Positions 23,678-35,639 of a DNA stretch of 64,000 bases are shown here, in pieces. The stretch is taken from positions 91,512,001 to 91,576,000 of the forward strand of contig NC_079167.1 of the NCBI RefSeq assembly GCF_947568905.1, in the 5' to 3' direction. The position numbers were made by a program, and so were the translations under genes. The notes beneath the pieces are model-generated. The model saw only the letters and a list, made by a program, of their open reading frames with translations, was not told where the DNA came from and ran no database searches. Numbering within the stretch: the first letter of the stretch is position 1; each line of letters starts with the position of its first letter. This DNA is from Ostrea edulis. Its lineage: Eukaryota.

Positions 23678-23762
23678 GTGTTCTTGAAAGTTGCTGAGCA
23701 GGCAGCAGATGCTGAAATGCCAGATGAAGTGCGGCGAAGTAGACTGGAGGACCTGACTGATA
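23678..23762 (+). CDS. ABCA1: ABCA exon (VFLKVAEQ)
   Basis: Resembles ABCA1 IFLKVAEE; GTAAGT donor. Confidence 0.9.
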
Positions 23763-24935
23763 GTAAGTGTGGTATTAAAGAGGATAGTGTGATATTAAAG
23801 GGAATAGTAAGTGTGGTATTAAAGATAGTAAGTGTGATAATAAAGAGGATAGTAAGTGTGGTATTAAAGATAGTAAGTGTGATAATAAAGAGGATAGTAA
23901 GTGTGGTATTAAAGGGGATAGTAAGTGTGATAATAAAGAGGATAGTAAGTGTGGTACTAAAGAGAAAAGTAAGTGTGGTATTAAAGATAGTAAGTGTGAT
24001 AATAAAGGGGATAGTAAGTGTGGTATTAAAGGGGATAGTAAGTGTGATAATAAAGGGGATAGTAAGTGTGTTATTAAAGGGGATAGTAAGTGTGATAATA
24101 GAGGGGATAGTAAGTGTGGTACTAAAGAGAAAAGTAAGTGTGGTATTAAAGATAGTAAGTGTGATAATAAAGGGGATAGTAAGTGTGGTATTAAAGGGGA
24201 TAGTAAGTGTGATAATAAAGGGGATAGTAAGTGTGATATTAAAGATAGTAAGTGTGATAATAAAGGGGATAGTAAGTGTGGTATTAAAGATAGTAAGTGT
24301 GATAATAAAGAGGATAGTAAGTGTGGTATTAAAGATAGTAAGTGTGGTATTAAAGATAGTAAGTGTGGTATTAAAGATAGTAAGTGTGATAATAAAGGGG
24401 ATAGTAAGTGTGATATTAAAGATAGTAAGTGTGATAATAAAGGGGATAGTAAGTGTGGTATTAAAGATAGTAAGTGTGATAATAAAGAGGATAGTAAGTG
24501 TGGTATTAAAGGGGATAGTAAGTGTGATAATAAAGAGGATAGTAAGTGTGGTACTAAAGAGAAAAGTAAGTGTGGTATTAAAGATAGTAAGTGTGATAAT
24601 AAAGGGAATAGTAAGTGTGGTACTAAAGAGGATAGTAAGTGTGGTATTAAAGATAGTAAGTGTGATAATAAAGAGGATAGTGGTATTAAAGAAGATAGTA
24701 GGTGTGGTAATAAAGATAGTAAGTGTGATAATAAAGAGGATAGTGGTATTAAAGAAGATGGTAGGTGTGGTAATAAAGATAGTAAGTGTGATAATAAAGA
24801 GGATAGTGGTATTAAAGAAGATAGTAAGTGTGGTAATAAAGAGGATAGTGTGGTAATAAAGAGGATAATGTGGTATTAAAGAAGATAGTAGGTGTGGTAA
24901 TAAAGAGGATAGTACATGTAAGTGTGGTTTTAAAG
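23759..24935 (+). repeat. About 40-45 x 21-24-bp array containing donor GATA|GTAAGT
   Basis: gatagtaagtgtg(gta/ata)(t/a)taaag(ag/gg); the first copy is the authentic donor. Confidence 0.96.
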
Positions 24936-25677
24936 AGGAACTTGACAATGCTATCTGAACAGTCAAAAATTCACAACTCTCTTATGTGTAGGTCATTGTC
25001 ATTGCAGTAATGAGAGTTTTAAGTTATTGAGCTTAAGTTCAGATTGTGTTCATTCAGATTATTTATCTGAATGACAACCAAATTTGTCTTGTTACATCCA
25101 GCCAAAGCAGAAGGAAGGAATTTAAAGTAAAATGAGGTTTTTGGATGGATAGGAAAAAATGTATCTTTGTAGAAGAAAAGTATATCTTTGAATATTCAAC
25201 TCATTAGACATAAATTTGTGGTGAGTTGTTAAATTATTGAACAGCACTCATAGGATAATGATGGAATGCAAATGAATCTTGTTTGAAATACTTCATTATG
25301 AAGACTATGTCTACCTGTTGTAGGCAGCAGAGTCTTGGGGGGGGGGGGGGGGGATATGTACATAAAACATTATTTCAAGTGGACAAATCAACCAAATTGA
25401 CCATTTTTACTACAATGAATATTGAGAGAAACAACTTTTTTCAACATAATGATGGTGGTTTGGGTATTTCTAGATATTGTGTCAGCTTGATCCTCCAGTA
25501 TAATTCAGATTTGTAGAGTACTTGATTTTAATTGACTGAGCACAAATAGATGTTTGGCATGAGTACTTCTGACATTAAGTATGCGATACATTGCTCTTTG
25601 TCTTGGTAATTACAAACAGGATACATAATTCGGAAAAGCCGCTGTCAGAGGTTTTCTCAACTTTTGACAATAGAATA

Positions 25678-25733
25678 AAGGTGTCATTTTACCTGTTTAC
25701 TAAGGTGCCATTTTTTACCTGTTTACTAAGGTG
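25678..25733 (+). repeat. Duplicated acceptor, 26-bp spacing
   Basis: ttttacctgtttactaag|gtg twice (AG ending at 25704 and 25730). Confidence 0.85.
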
Positions 25734-25859
25734 GTAGATTCGCTCGTCCTGTGAGTAGGCTCAGCTTTAGGAGAAAGAAGAAGAAGTCCTTCCTTAAAAG
25801 TCTGGCCAGCAGGAAAAGGTTTGGCAGGATTGACTCTGAAGAGCTCATCAGCGACACAG
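25731..25859 (+). CDS. ABCA1: ABCA exon, polybasic linker (RLSFRRKKKKSFLKSLASRKRF)
   Basis: ctaag acceptor, CAG|GTATGA donor, phase 1 to 1, open frame. Confidence 0.72.
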
Positions 25860-26000
25860 GTATGATGTAACCCATTAACTGTGGGGGGTTTTTTTGTCTG
25901 TTGTTCCTCTCTTTGATACTCAGTACAGGCACTGAAAGTCAAACAAAGACAGCACAGAAATTGTTAATGCTGAGAAATGTGTATACGAATTCTGTTGCAG

Positions 26001-26167
26001 AATCAATAGCCTCGGAAGCGATTAGTGAGGCCCCCACCGAAGCTGGATTCAGAATGGATGACTACAAGAAAGTGAATGGAAAGTTCCTTTTCCTCAGGCA
26101 GTTCCAGGCTCAGTTCATCAAACGATTCCACCATCTCAGACGATCCAAAAAAGGCTTCTTCTTTGAG
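26001..26167 (+). CDS. ABCA1: ABCA exon (QFIKRFHHLRRSKKGFFFE), GC donor
   Basis: Resembles ABCA1 KR...RRS.KGFF; ends GAG|GCAAGT. Confidence 0.9.
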
Positions 26168-26347
26168 GCAAGTTTAGTTCTACTGAATGGTGGACTCACA
26201 ATATACAAATCTGTATATTGTACTGTGTCAGTCAGGAGAGGTCTATATGCAGATGAGGCCTCGACGGGGAGTGTGGGTTTTACTGTATTAGTCTCTCATT
26301 TGACACGTAAAACTGTCTTGTTGATGATGGAGGTCCATTTCTTACAG

Positions 26348-26490
26348 GTTATCATGCCCGCATTGTTTGTGCTGCTGGCCATGGTATTTTCGGAGATCAG
26401 ACCACCAGATAATGAACAGCCACCTTTGGAACTTCAGCCCTGGAGATACGTCCCTAAGAAGGGAGACAAACATCTTTATGTCTTTTACAG
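26348..26490 (+). CDS. ABCA1: ABCA exon, TMD2 first helix (VIMPALFVLLAM...LELQPW)
   Basis: Resembles ABCA1 IVLPAVFV...LELQPW. Confidence 0.93.
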
Positions 26491-26548
26491 GTATCAAACT
26501 AACAAGGGAGACAAACATTTTTATGTCTTCTTCAGGCATCAAAAACGC
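26459..26548 (+). repeat. 2 x 45-bp duplication of exon end plus donor; second copy GT changed to GC
   Basis: aagggagacaaacatctttatgtcttttacag|gtatcaaa versus aagggagacaaacatttttatgtcttcttcag|gcatcaaa. Confidence 0.88.
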
Positions 26549-26968
26549 AGGGGAGAGATAGCACTTTGAATTTCATCAGTGGGGGAAAAAAACAATGATT
26601 GTTGATTAATTTTCAATTTGTTGCACATTAACATTTTACATACTGACCCATTCTCCCACAGACAGTAAGGATCATTGTTCATAAAAAAACAGTGTAATGA
26701 AATGATTTTTGCACAGATACTCAACAAGTTTGGTCACAATATTTCCATGAGCTAGAAGTGCAGGCTCATTTATGTATATCCAGAATTTCAGATCTGCCAC
26801 AAGGACTATATTAATCCATGTACATGTCATGTAATCTAGCCAGAACTTTGCTGATTGAACATATTTTTAGATACTAATATTATAATGGAATATGAACTGT
26901 AGATAGAGAGCATGTATTATTGCCTATATTTATTCAGTGAAATGAAAAGTTAATATATTTCTCTACAG

Positions 26969-27073
26969 CAATGATGGAAAGGGTCAGGATTGGTCAGATA
27001 GCATAGTACAAAGCCTATTGACCAGACCAGGCATCGGAAATCGCTGTATGAATCCCAGTGTCTATTCCATCAA
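26969..27073 (+). CDS. ABCA1: ABCA exon, ECD2 (PGIGNRCM)
   Basis: Resembles ABCA1 PGFGTRCM; phase 2 to 2. Confidence 0.88.
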
Positions 27074-27402
27074 GTAAGAGTTCACTCAGTCTTCATTTCA
27101 CATGGCTTACAAATCAAATCACCTCGTCGTGAATTATATACTTGAGATTTACATGTTCTTCGGAGAAAGTTGAGAATGCATATCACATGTAGTGACATAA
27201 GTGTTGACTTTAAAAAGCAGAGACAGTTTGAATTAATATCTTCTGAACTTACCTTAATATTAAGCAAGCATCTTGTAGTGACATTAGTGCTGACTTTAAA
27301 AAGCAGCGACAGTTCACATCTTCTGAACTTACCTCAGTGAGCAACCTTTGATGTGATCTGTGTGGAACATTGGTGTATAAACAGAGTCACCATCTTTTTC
27401 AG

Positions 27403-27521
27403 TGATTACCCGTGTACAGGAGAGAACTCTAATTGGGTGAACTTTCATCCTATCTATGCCAACACCACCATCGACTCCCCCAGCTGTTCCTGTGATACAG
27501 GTTTCCAAAAATGTCCCGCAG
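27403..27521 (+). CDS. ABCA1: ABCA exon, ECD2 (SPSCSCDTGFQKCPA)
   Basis: Conserved SP.C.CS...CP motif. Confidence 0.9.
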
Positions 27522-27749
27522 GTAAAAATGAATACTAGAAGTCATATTTTCTTACATTTGTCTAGAATCAAAATCACTATTTCATAGCATCCAGTTTTCT
27601 TACACTTGACTCTTTTACATTCTTCTGTGATCGTATTTGATGAACCTATAAGACACAGCATTCATTTGTATGGGATATAATTGATTCATACAGAAGCATA
27701 CTGTGCATTTGTGAGCAGCTTTAAGCTATTTTTATTGTTTCTGTGACAG

Positions 27750-27870
27750 GTGCAGGTGGTCCGGATCCCCCCCAAAAACTGTTACCTTCCTCCGACTACT
27801 TATACAACATGACGGGAAGAAACATTAGCGATTGGCTCGTCAAAACCATAAAGAGATATCAGCGGCGGAG
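27750..27870 (+). CDS. ABCA1: ABCA exon, ECD2 (GAGGPDPP...GRNISDWLVKT)
   Basis: Resembles ABCA1 GRNISDYLVKT. Confidence 0.93.
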
Positions 27871-28371
27871 GTGAGTGGAGAAGGAATATGACACCAATGT
27901 AATTGTTAACAGCAAATGAAATGTGCATCAAGGTGTTTCATGCTTGTTGTATACAGGCTGGTGTTTGTTGCACTGCATTAGGATTTCATTGTGTGGCAGG
28001 AAGGGTTTTGTGTAGAATTACAAGTGTATCTACCATTGTAAATTCTTATCAATTGTGTGGTTTTGTCAGAATTCATGGGTATCAAATTTCTTGGAATTTT
28101 TAAGAAATACAGTCTCTTTTATGCATGATTAAGTCGAAAGCTGGCTACTCAATGTTCTCTATGAACTTTTTGAGCAAGGAAAAAAAAGTCGTTTTTTTTA
28201 ATCACTTGTTTTATAATCTAGCACATTCACAATAACAGTGAAAGAAATATGGAACCACAATCAATATTTATTTAGATGGACACTGTACATGTAGGTTTTG
28301 GAAATGCCTGCACATGCTTTTGTAGCTATTACGTGATGAAATTGACAAAGAAGTTTATTAAAATTGTACAG

Positions 28372-28549
28372 ATTTGGAGGCTTCTCCTTTGGAGATGAGG
28401 ATCCCTTGGCAGCATTTAATGCTACAGAACTGAGGATAGTCTTAGATGAATTGTTTACAGTGCTGAACAATGGAACTTCGGTGACGTCACTCAATGAAAG
28501 TGTTCTGACACAAACACTAGAGGGATTAGCAACTCAGAGAGTTAACAAG
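28372..28549 (+). CDS. ABCA1: ABCA exon, ECD2 (RFGGFSFG)
   Basis: Resembles ABCA1 RYGGFSLG. Confidence 0.9.
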
Positions 28550-29549
28550 GTATGTTTTACCCCATGTGATGGGCAAGTCATTGCAGTCAAACTTCCAGCA
28601 TCAGGAATGTTTTGTTCTCTAATCTATCTGCTGTTCTGAAATTAGAATAAATAGTAAGGTTATTTTTAATAGCTAATATGGTTTAACAAAGGGATAATGA
28701 ACAATTTTGAATGAATTGAATCAACATAAATGTTTATTGTTAAATAATGATGAAAGTGAAGTAGATTGAATTTACATGACTGGTAAATGATTAGATGCTG
28801 ACTTTTTTTGCTCTAGCAACTTTTTCGAAGAGTTGTCTGTCCTTGGTATTAAAAAAAATCTACTTTTTCTAAAAATTATGTGTGGTAAATGATTAATTTT
28901 ATTTCATATTTTCATAAAGAGAATGTGTATGTAACATTTTACCAAGAGATTTGACATGTATAAAAATATAATTTCTTTAAAATATTTTAATAAAACATGC
29001 TCTTCCCATAAACTTCAATGTAAAATTCTAGGTAAAATATATAAGCAGTAATCAAAATTTTGAAAATCCCTATGATGGAATATTTTTATGGGATAAACCC
29101 TTTAAATTGATACCATGATTACAAAAATTCCACCATCCATTTTCTAGCTATGAAATATGATCGTTATACATTGAATACTTTAAGGAAAAATGTTTTGTTC
29201 TTCAGTGAATACATGATCGTATTCAAAACCATATTTTGGGTATTTTTAGCATCAAGAATATTAATTTTTCTCATTAAAGTACTTTACTATGAAATTTTGG
29301 TACTCTATTTTTCAGCTCAATTTAATTCCACAAGTTTATCATATACATGTAAATGAATCGAAATTTTTACACTTTCATTTTTGGCGAATTTTCCTCATCC
29401 GCCAAAGAAGCCCACATTTCCAGCACACCAACATGACCTGTTGTACTGTATTTTGACTCGTGTATTTTGTTTGTACTTTAATCCCATAGAATGGGTCTGT
29501 AGAGTTTTCTTTGCTTCAGTATATATATTGTTCTTGTCATCGCCTGTAG

Positions 29550-29719
29550 GTGTGGTACAACAACAAAGGCTGGTTTGCAGTGGTGGCCTACATGAGTGCC
29601 ATGAATAACCTTATTCTGCGGAGTAACCTTGACCCCTCACTTGACCCCACTCGTTACGGAATCACCACCGTCAATCACCCCATGGAGCTCACCAAAGCTC
29701 AGCTCACCGAGAAGCTTCT
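29550..29719 (+). CDS. ABCA1: ABCA exon (VWYNNKGW...YGITTVNHPM)
   Basis: 170 bp, conserved motifs. Confidence 0.96.
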
Positions 29720-30006
29720 GTAAGTTTTTGTTAAAATTGCCAGTGCCCATTCAACTGAATAACTGGCAACATGGATTTTAAAGAATTTGTCGTGTCTGTG
29801 TTAAAGTTTACATGTAAATTGTGTGTAACCAGTTAATGGTGCTCATCACGACAAGCAAAGTGATATAAAACGGGGAAAGTTAAACAAACATCTGCATTTG
29901 TAGTCAAGCAATTGTTAGGTTTATGTGTCAGTTCATTACAGGATTCTGAAAAATTTTCATCCATTTTCCAAAAGTGTAAACTTCTTTTTCTCTGGGGTCT
30001 ACACAG

Positions 30007-30184
30007 GTACCAGGCTGCCTTAGACGTTGTGATAGCTATTTGTGTTATATTTGCCATGTCCTTTGTGCCGGCGAGTTTTACCATGGTCCTCATTGAAGAG
30101 AGAGCTTCCAATTCCAAACATCTGCAGTTCGTCAGTGGAGTCAATCCTATCATTTACTGGCTGTCCAACTTCCTGTGGGACATG
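30007..30184 (+). CDS. ABCA1: ABCA exon, TMD2 ([10 protein letters not shown]...KHLQFVSGV)
   Basis: 178 bp, conserved motifs. Confidence 0.97.
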
Positions 30185-30762
30185 GTAAGATCAATGTAGA
30201 CTGTCATGTTGTTGGGTTGTTTGGTTTTTTTTTTAAGAAAAGGAGTTTTGCTCTCTTTATTATAATATTGAATGGTGGAAAATTTTTGTTGTGTATCTGA
30301 AAGTTTTATTTTCTATTCTTGTGAAGTTATATGTGGTATGAATATGGGACACTTAACTTTTGATTACATTTAAAAAATATCGAGAAAAACCCTAGTGTCT
30401 CGTGTATTTGTCATCGTGTAATATACAGACAGTAAATGCTCATAACATTGGTGGTTTTGTTGTTGATAATAATTGTTTTAAATGGGATTCCCATCGGTGA
30501 ATGAGAATTGATATGAAATTATTTATTTTTGTGGGGTCAGATTTTTCTTGCTGTAAGTAAAATGTTGACAATTATTCTTTGTTGTACACTTTACAGGTAT
30601 ATGTAGTTATATTTCTTTTGTTCATGTTGGTTTTCGATTCATTGTTGTATTATTATCTCACGACAACAAATGACCATCAGGAAAATGAATGATTTTACAA
30701 TGAGAAATCAGATTTTATGTTCCAGGTTTCTTTGACTTATGAATTTGAACACTCACTTGTAG

Positions 30763-30878
30763 ATCAACTACCTGATGCCCTGCTTGATATGCATTATAAT
30801 ATTTGTGGCCTTTGACAACCAGTCCTACGTGGGGCCAAACAACTGGCCATGTTTAGTGTTGTTAATGTTTCTGTACGG
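30763..30878 (+). CDS. ABCA1: ABCA exon, TMD2 (INYLMPC...LMFLYG)
   Basis: 116 bp; AG/GTGAGT. Confidence 0.93.
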
Positions 30879-31006
30879 GTGAGTACTATTACAGTGACTG
30901 GCCATGTTTAGCGTTGTTAATGTTTCTGTACGGGTGAGTACTATCACAGTGACTGGCCATGTTTAGTGTTGTTAATGTTTCTGTACGGGTGAGTACTATC
31001 ACAGTG
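30842..31006 (+). repeat. 3 x 55-bp array containing 37 nt of exon end plus donor GG|GTGAGT
   Basis: actggccatgtttagtgttgttaatgtttctgtacgg|gtgagtacta at 30842, 30897 and 30952. Confidence 0.96.
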
Positions 31007-31072
31007 GTGTATCATCAAATGATTTTATTTCACTTAAAAACAAAGAAAGTTTTATTGTTTTAATAGGAGATG

Positions 31073-34000
31073 TGTAGGAGAGATGGGTGATGCTAGGAGT
31101 AACTGTATGATATTGATAATGTGTGTATATGTAGGAGAGATGGGTGATGCTAGGAGTAACTGTTGTATAACATTGATAATGTGTGTAGGAGAGGTGGGTG
31201 ATGCTAGGAGTAACTGTATAACATTGATAATGTGTGTATGTGTAGGAGAGATGGGTGATGCTAGGAGTAACTGTATAACATTGATAATGTGTGTATATGT
31301 AGGAGAGGTGGGTGATGCTAGGAGTAACTGTATAACATTGATAATGTGTGTATATGTAGGAGAGGTGGGTGATGCTAGGAGTAACTGTTGTATAACATTG
31401 ATAATGTGTGTATATGTAGGAGAGATGGGTGATGCTAGGAGTAACTGTATAACATTGATAATGTGTGTATATGTAGGAGAGATGGGTGATGCTAGGAGTA
31501 ACTGTATAACATTGATAATGTGTGTATATGTAGGAGAGGTGGGTGATGCTAGGAGTAACTGTTGTATAACATTGATAATGTGTGTATATGTAGGAGAGAT
31601 GGGTGATGCTAGGAGTAACTGTATAACATTGATAATGTGTGTATATGTAGGAGAGATGGGTGATGCTAGAAGTAACTGTATAATGTTGATAATGTGTGTA
31701 TGTGTAGGAGAGATGGGTGATGCTAGGAGTAATTGTATAACATTGATAATGTGTGTATGTGTAGGAGAGATGGGTGATGCTAGGAGTAATTGTATAACAT
31801 TGATAATGTGTGTATATGTAGGAGAGATGGGTGATGCTAGGAGTAATTGTATAACATTGATAATGTGTGTAGGAGAGGTGGGTGATGCTAGGAGTAATTG
31901 TATAACATTGATAATGTGTGTATGTGTAGGAGAGGTGGGTGATGCTAGGAGTAATTGTATAACATTGATAATGTGTGTATATGTAGGAGAGGTGGGTGAT
32001 GCTAGGAGTAATTGTATGACATTGATAATGTGTGTATATGTAGGAGAGATGGGTGATGCTAGGAGTAACTGTATAACATTGATAATGTGTGTAGGAGAGA
32101 TGGGTGATGCTAGGAGTAACTGTTGTATAACATTGATAATGTGTGTAGGAGAGGTGGGTGATGCTAGGAGTAATTGTATAACATTGATAATGTGTGTATA
32201 TGTAGGAGAGATGGGTGATGCTAGGAGTAACTGTATAACATTGATAATGTGTGTATGTGTAGGAGAGATGGGTGATGCTAGGAGTAACTGTATAACATTG
32301 ATAATGTGTGTATGTGTAGGAGAGATGGGTGATGCTAGGAGTAATTGTATAACATTGATAATGTGTGTATATGTAGGAGAGATGGGTGATGCTAGGAGTA
32401 ACTGTTGTATAACATTGATAATGTGTGTATATGTAGGAGAGGTGGGTGATGCTAGGAGTAACTGTTGTATAACATTGATAATGTGTGTATATGTAGGAGA
32501 GATGGGTGATGCTAGGAGTAATTGTATAACATTGATAATGTGTGTAGGAGAGATGGGCGCTGTCTAGGAGTAATTGTATAACATTGATAATGTGTGTATG
32601 TGTAGGAGAGATGGGTGATGCTAGGAGTAATTGTATAACATTGATAATGTGTGTAGGAGAGATGGGTGATGCTAGGAGTAATTGTATAACATTGATAATG
32701 TGTGTATGTGTAGGAGAGATGGGTGATGCTAGGAGTAATTGTATAACATTGATAATGTGTGTATGTGTAGGAGAGATGGGTGATGCTAGGAGTAATTGTA
32801 TAACATTGATAATGTGTGTATGTGTAGGAGAGATGGGTGATGCTAGGAGTAACTGTATAACATTGATAATGTGTGTAGGAGAGGTGGGTGATGCTAGGAG
32901 TAACTGTATAACATTGATAATGTGTGTATATGTAGGAGAGATGGGTGATGCTAGGAGTAATTGTATAACATTGATAATGTGTGTATGTGTAGGAGAGATG
33001 GGTGATGCTAGGAGTAACTGTATAACATTGATAATGTGTGTAGGAGAGATGGGTGATGCTAGGAGTAACTGTTGTATAACATTGATAATGTGTGTAGGAG
33101 AGGTGGGTGATGCTAGGAGTAACTGTATAACATTGATAATGTGTGTATATGTAGGAGAGATGGGTGATGCTAGGAGTAATTGTATAACATTGATAATGTG
33201 TGTATATGTAGGAGAGGTGGGTGATGCTAGGAGTAATTGTATAACATTGATAATGTGTGTATATGTAGGAGAGGTGGGTGATGCTAGGAGTAATTGTATA
33301 ACATTGATAATGTGTGTATATGTAGGAGAGGTGGGTGATGCTAGGAGTAACTGTTGTATAACATTGATAATGTGTGTATATGTAGGAGAGATGGGTGATG
33401 CTAGGAGTAACTGTATAACATTGATAATGTGTGTAGGAGAGATGGGTGATGCTAGGAGTAACTGTTGTATAACATTGATAATGTGTGTAGGAGAGGTGGG
33501 TGATGCTAGGAGTAACTGTATAACATTGATAATGTGTGTATATGTAGGAGAGGTGGGTGATGCTAGGAGTAACTGTATAACATTGATAATGTGTGTATGT
33601 GTAGGAGAGGTGGGTGATGCTAGGAGTAACTGTTGTATAACATTGATAATGTGTGTATATGTAGGAGAGGTGGGTGATGCTAGGAGTAACTGTATAACAT
33701 TGATAATGTGTGTATATGTAGGAGAGGTGGGTGATGCTAGGAGTAACTGTTGTATAACATTGATAATGTGTGTATATGTAGGAGAGGTGGGTGATGCTAG
33801 GAGTAACTGTATAACATTGATAATGTGTGTATATGTAGGAGAGATGGGTGATGCTAGGAGTAACTGTTGTATAACATTGATAATGTGTGTAGGAGAGGTG
33901 GGTGATGCTAGGAGTAACTGTATGATATTGATAATGTGTGTATATGTAGGAGAGATGGGTGATGCTAGGAGTAATTGTATAACATTGATAATGTGTGTAT

Positions 34001-34460
34001 ATGTAGGAGAGGTGGGTGATGCTAGGAGTAACTGTATAACATTGATAATGTGTGTATATGTAGGAGAGATGGGTGATGCTAGGAGTAATTGTATAACATT
34101 GATAATGTGTGTATATGTAGGAGAGATGGGTGATGCTAGGAGTAATTGTATAACATTGATAATGTGTGTATATGTAGGAGAGATGGGTGATGCTAGGAGT
34201 AATTGTATAACATTGATAATGTGTCTACATGTAGGAGAGATGGGTGATGCTAGGAGTAATTGTATAACATTGATAATGTGTGTATATGTAGGAGAGATGG
34301 GTGATGCTAGGAGTAATTGTATGACATTGATAATGTGTGTATATGTAGGAGAGATGGGTGATGCTAGGAGTAACTGTTGTATAACATTGATAATGTGTGT
34401 AGGAGAGGTGGGTGATGCTAGGAGTAACTGTATAACATTGATAATGTGTCTACATGTAGG
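31073..34460 (+). repeat. About 60 x 51-60-bp array whose last copy supplies the authentic acceptor (atgtag|g)
   Basis: gtaggagag(a/g)tgggtgatgctaggagtaa(c/t)tgtataacattgataatgtgtgtatat. Confidence 0.96.
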
Positions 34461-34601
34461 TGGGCCATGATTCCATTGATGTATCCATTCTCCCGCCTGT
34501 TCAGTATTCCCAGCACCTCCATGGTGGTTCTACAGTCTGTTAATGTCTTCCTGGGCACCACTGCCACTCTGGCCACTTATGTCATTGAGTTCCTGCAGGC
34601 T
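34460..34601 (+). CDS. ABCA1: ABCA exon, TMD2 (WAMIPLMYPFS); 3' end lost in N-gap
   Basis: Resembles ABCA1 GWSITPLMYP; runs into Ns at 34602. Confidence 0.92.
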
Positions 34602-34730
34602 NNNNNNNNNNNNNNNNNNNNNNNNNNNNNNNNNNNNNNNNNNNNNNNNNNNNNNNNNNNNNNNNNNNNNNNNNNNNNNNNNNNNNNNNNNNNNNNNNNN
34701 NNNNNNNNNNNNNNNNNNNNNNNNNNNNNN
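34602..34730. other. Assembly gap (129 N)
   Basis: Direct reading. Confidence 0.99.
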
Positions 34731-34788
34731 AAAAATTATGCCAAGAAATGACTTCATGTACAAGTGTTTAACTTTGCCTGTTTGTCAG

Positions 34789-34912
34789 GAGCTGAAAAAC
34801 ATTAACGATATCCTGAAGCGTGTGTTTCTTCTGCTGCCCCAGTATGGTTTGGGGAGGGGACTGATGGACATGGCCTACAATCAGAGGGTCACCGATACTG
34901 CTGCTCTCCTGG
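34789..34912 (+). CDS. ABCA1: ABCA exon (LKRVFLLLPQYGLGRGLMDMAYNQ)
   Basis: 124 bp, conserved motif. Confidence 0.95.
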
Positions 34913-35639
34913 GTATGTAGACAAAGCATCTAATACACCAGTTTCGAGATTAGAGCTCTCCTATGTAGGAGGTGCATTTAGTGGAACTTTGAATGCTTAG
35001 GTGGGACAGAGTGGTACTACAGTCAACGAGAAAGATGATAAAATTTATAATGACCGGCTTCTTTTTAAATACTTGATGTAGGAAATATAAAATACCATCC
35101 AAAGAAATGTTTTACTAAAGTAGAAACATAAACTCAATGCCATATTTTCAAACAATGTCCTGGATATGATTGGTAGGAGCAACAAAATAACGTGATTTAA
35201 TAAGAATTCCAAGTATTTAATTACTTCTTGAATACTTATCATTTACTTAGTTTGTGTACTAGTTGAAATTAGGTGATGAAACTGCGTATGATAAACTTAC
35301 TGAGCAGATTCACTTAATGCAGTGATGAATATATGTCCCACTCCTGCGTGTAAACAAGTTGTTTTGCACCTTACTAAGTACGAGAGTTCTCCAAAGGGAA
35401 ATAACTCTGACTTATCTCGAAACCGGCGTATTGGCTGTGTTTCTGCAGATTCACAAGGTCGCTGTGAACCAATTTTTTAATTGCGAACAAGAACTATCTA
35501 CGAAATCCATGAGAGCAATGACATTTGTCATTGTGGGCCTGTTGTTGATTTTTCTCTGTGAGATAAAGTATGGTGGAATCATTAGATTTCCTGGAGGCTC
35601 AATTTTTGTGAATTTCATGGGTAACCTTATCCCAAGAAT

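Noticed and set aside
23602-24966. 454-aa hydrophobic minus-strand ORF
   Set aside because: Artefact of the donor array.
27180-27340. Two-copy ~87-bp intronic duplication
   Set aside because: Real but touches no junction and shows no further structure.
31083-34470. 494- and 628-aa Cys-rich repeat ORFs
   Set aside because: They lie in the ABCA intron, out of frame with the exons, and arise from a triplet-length repeat unit.
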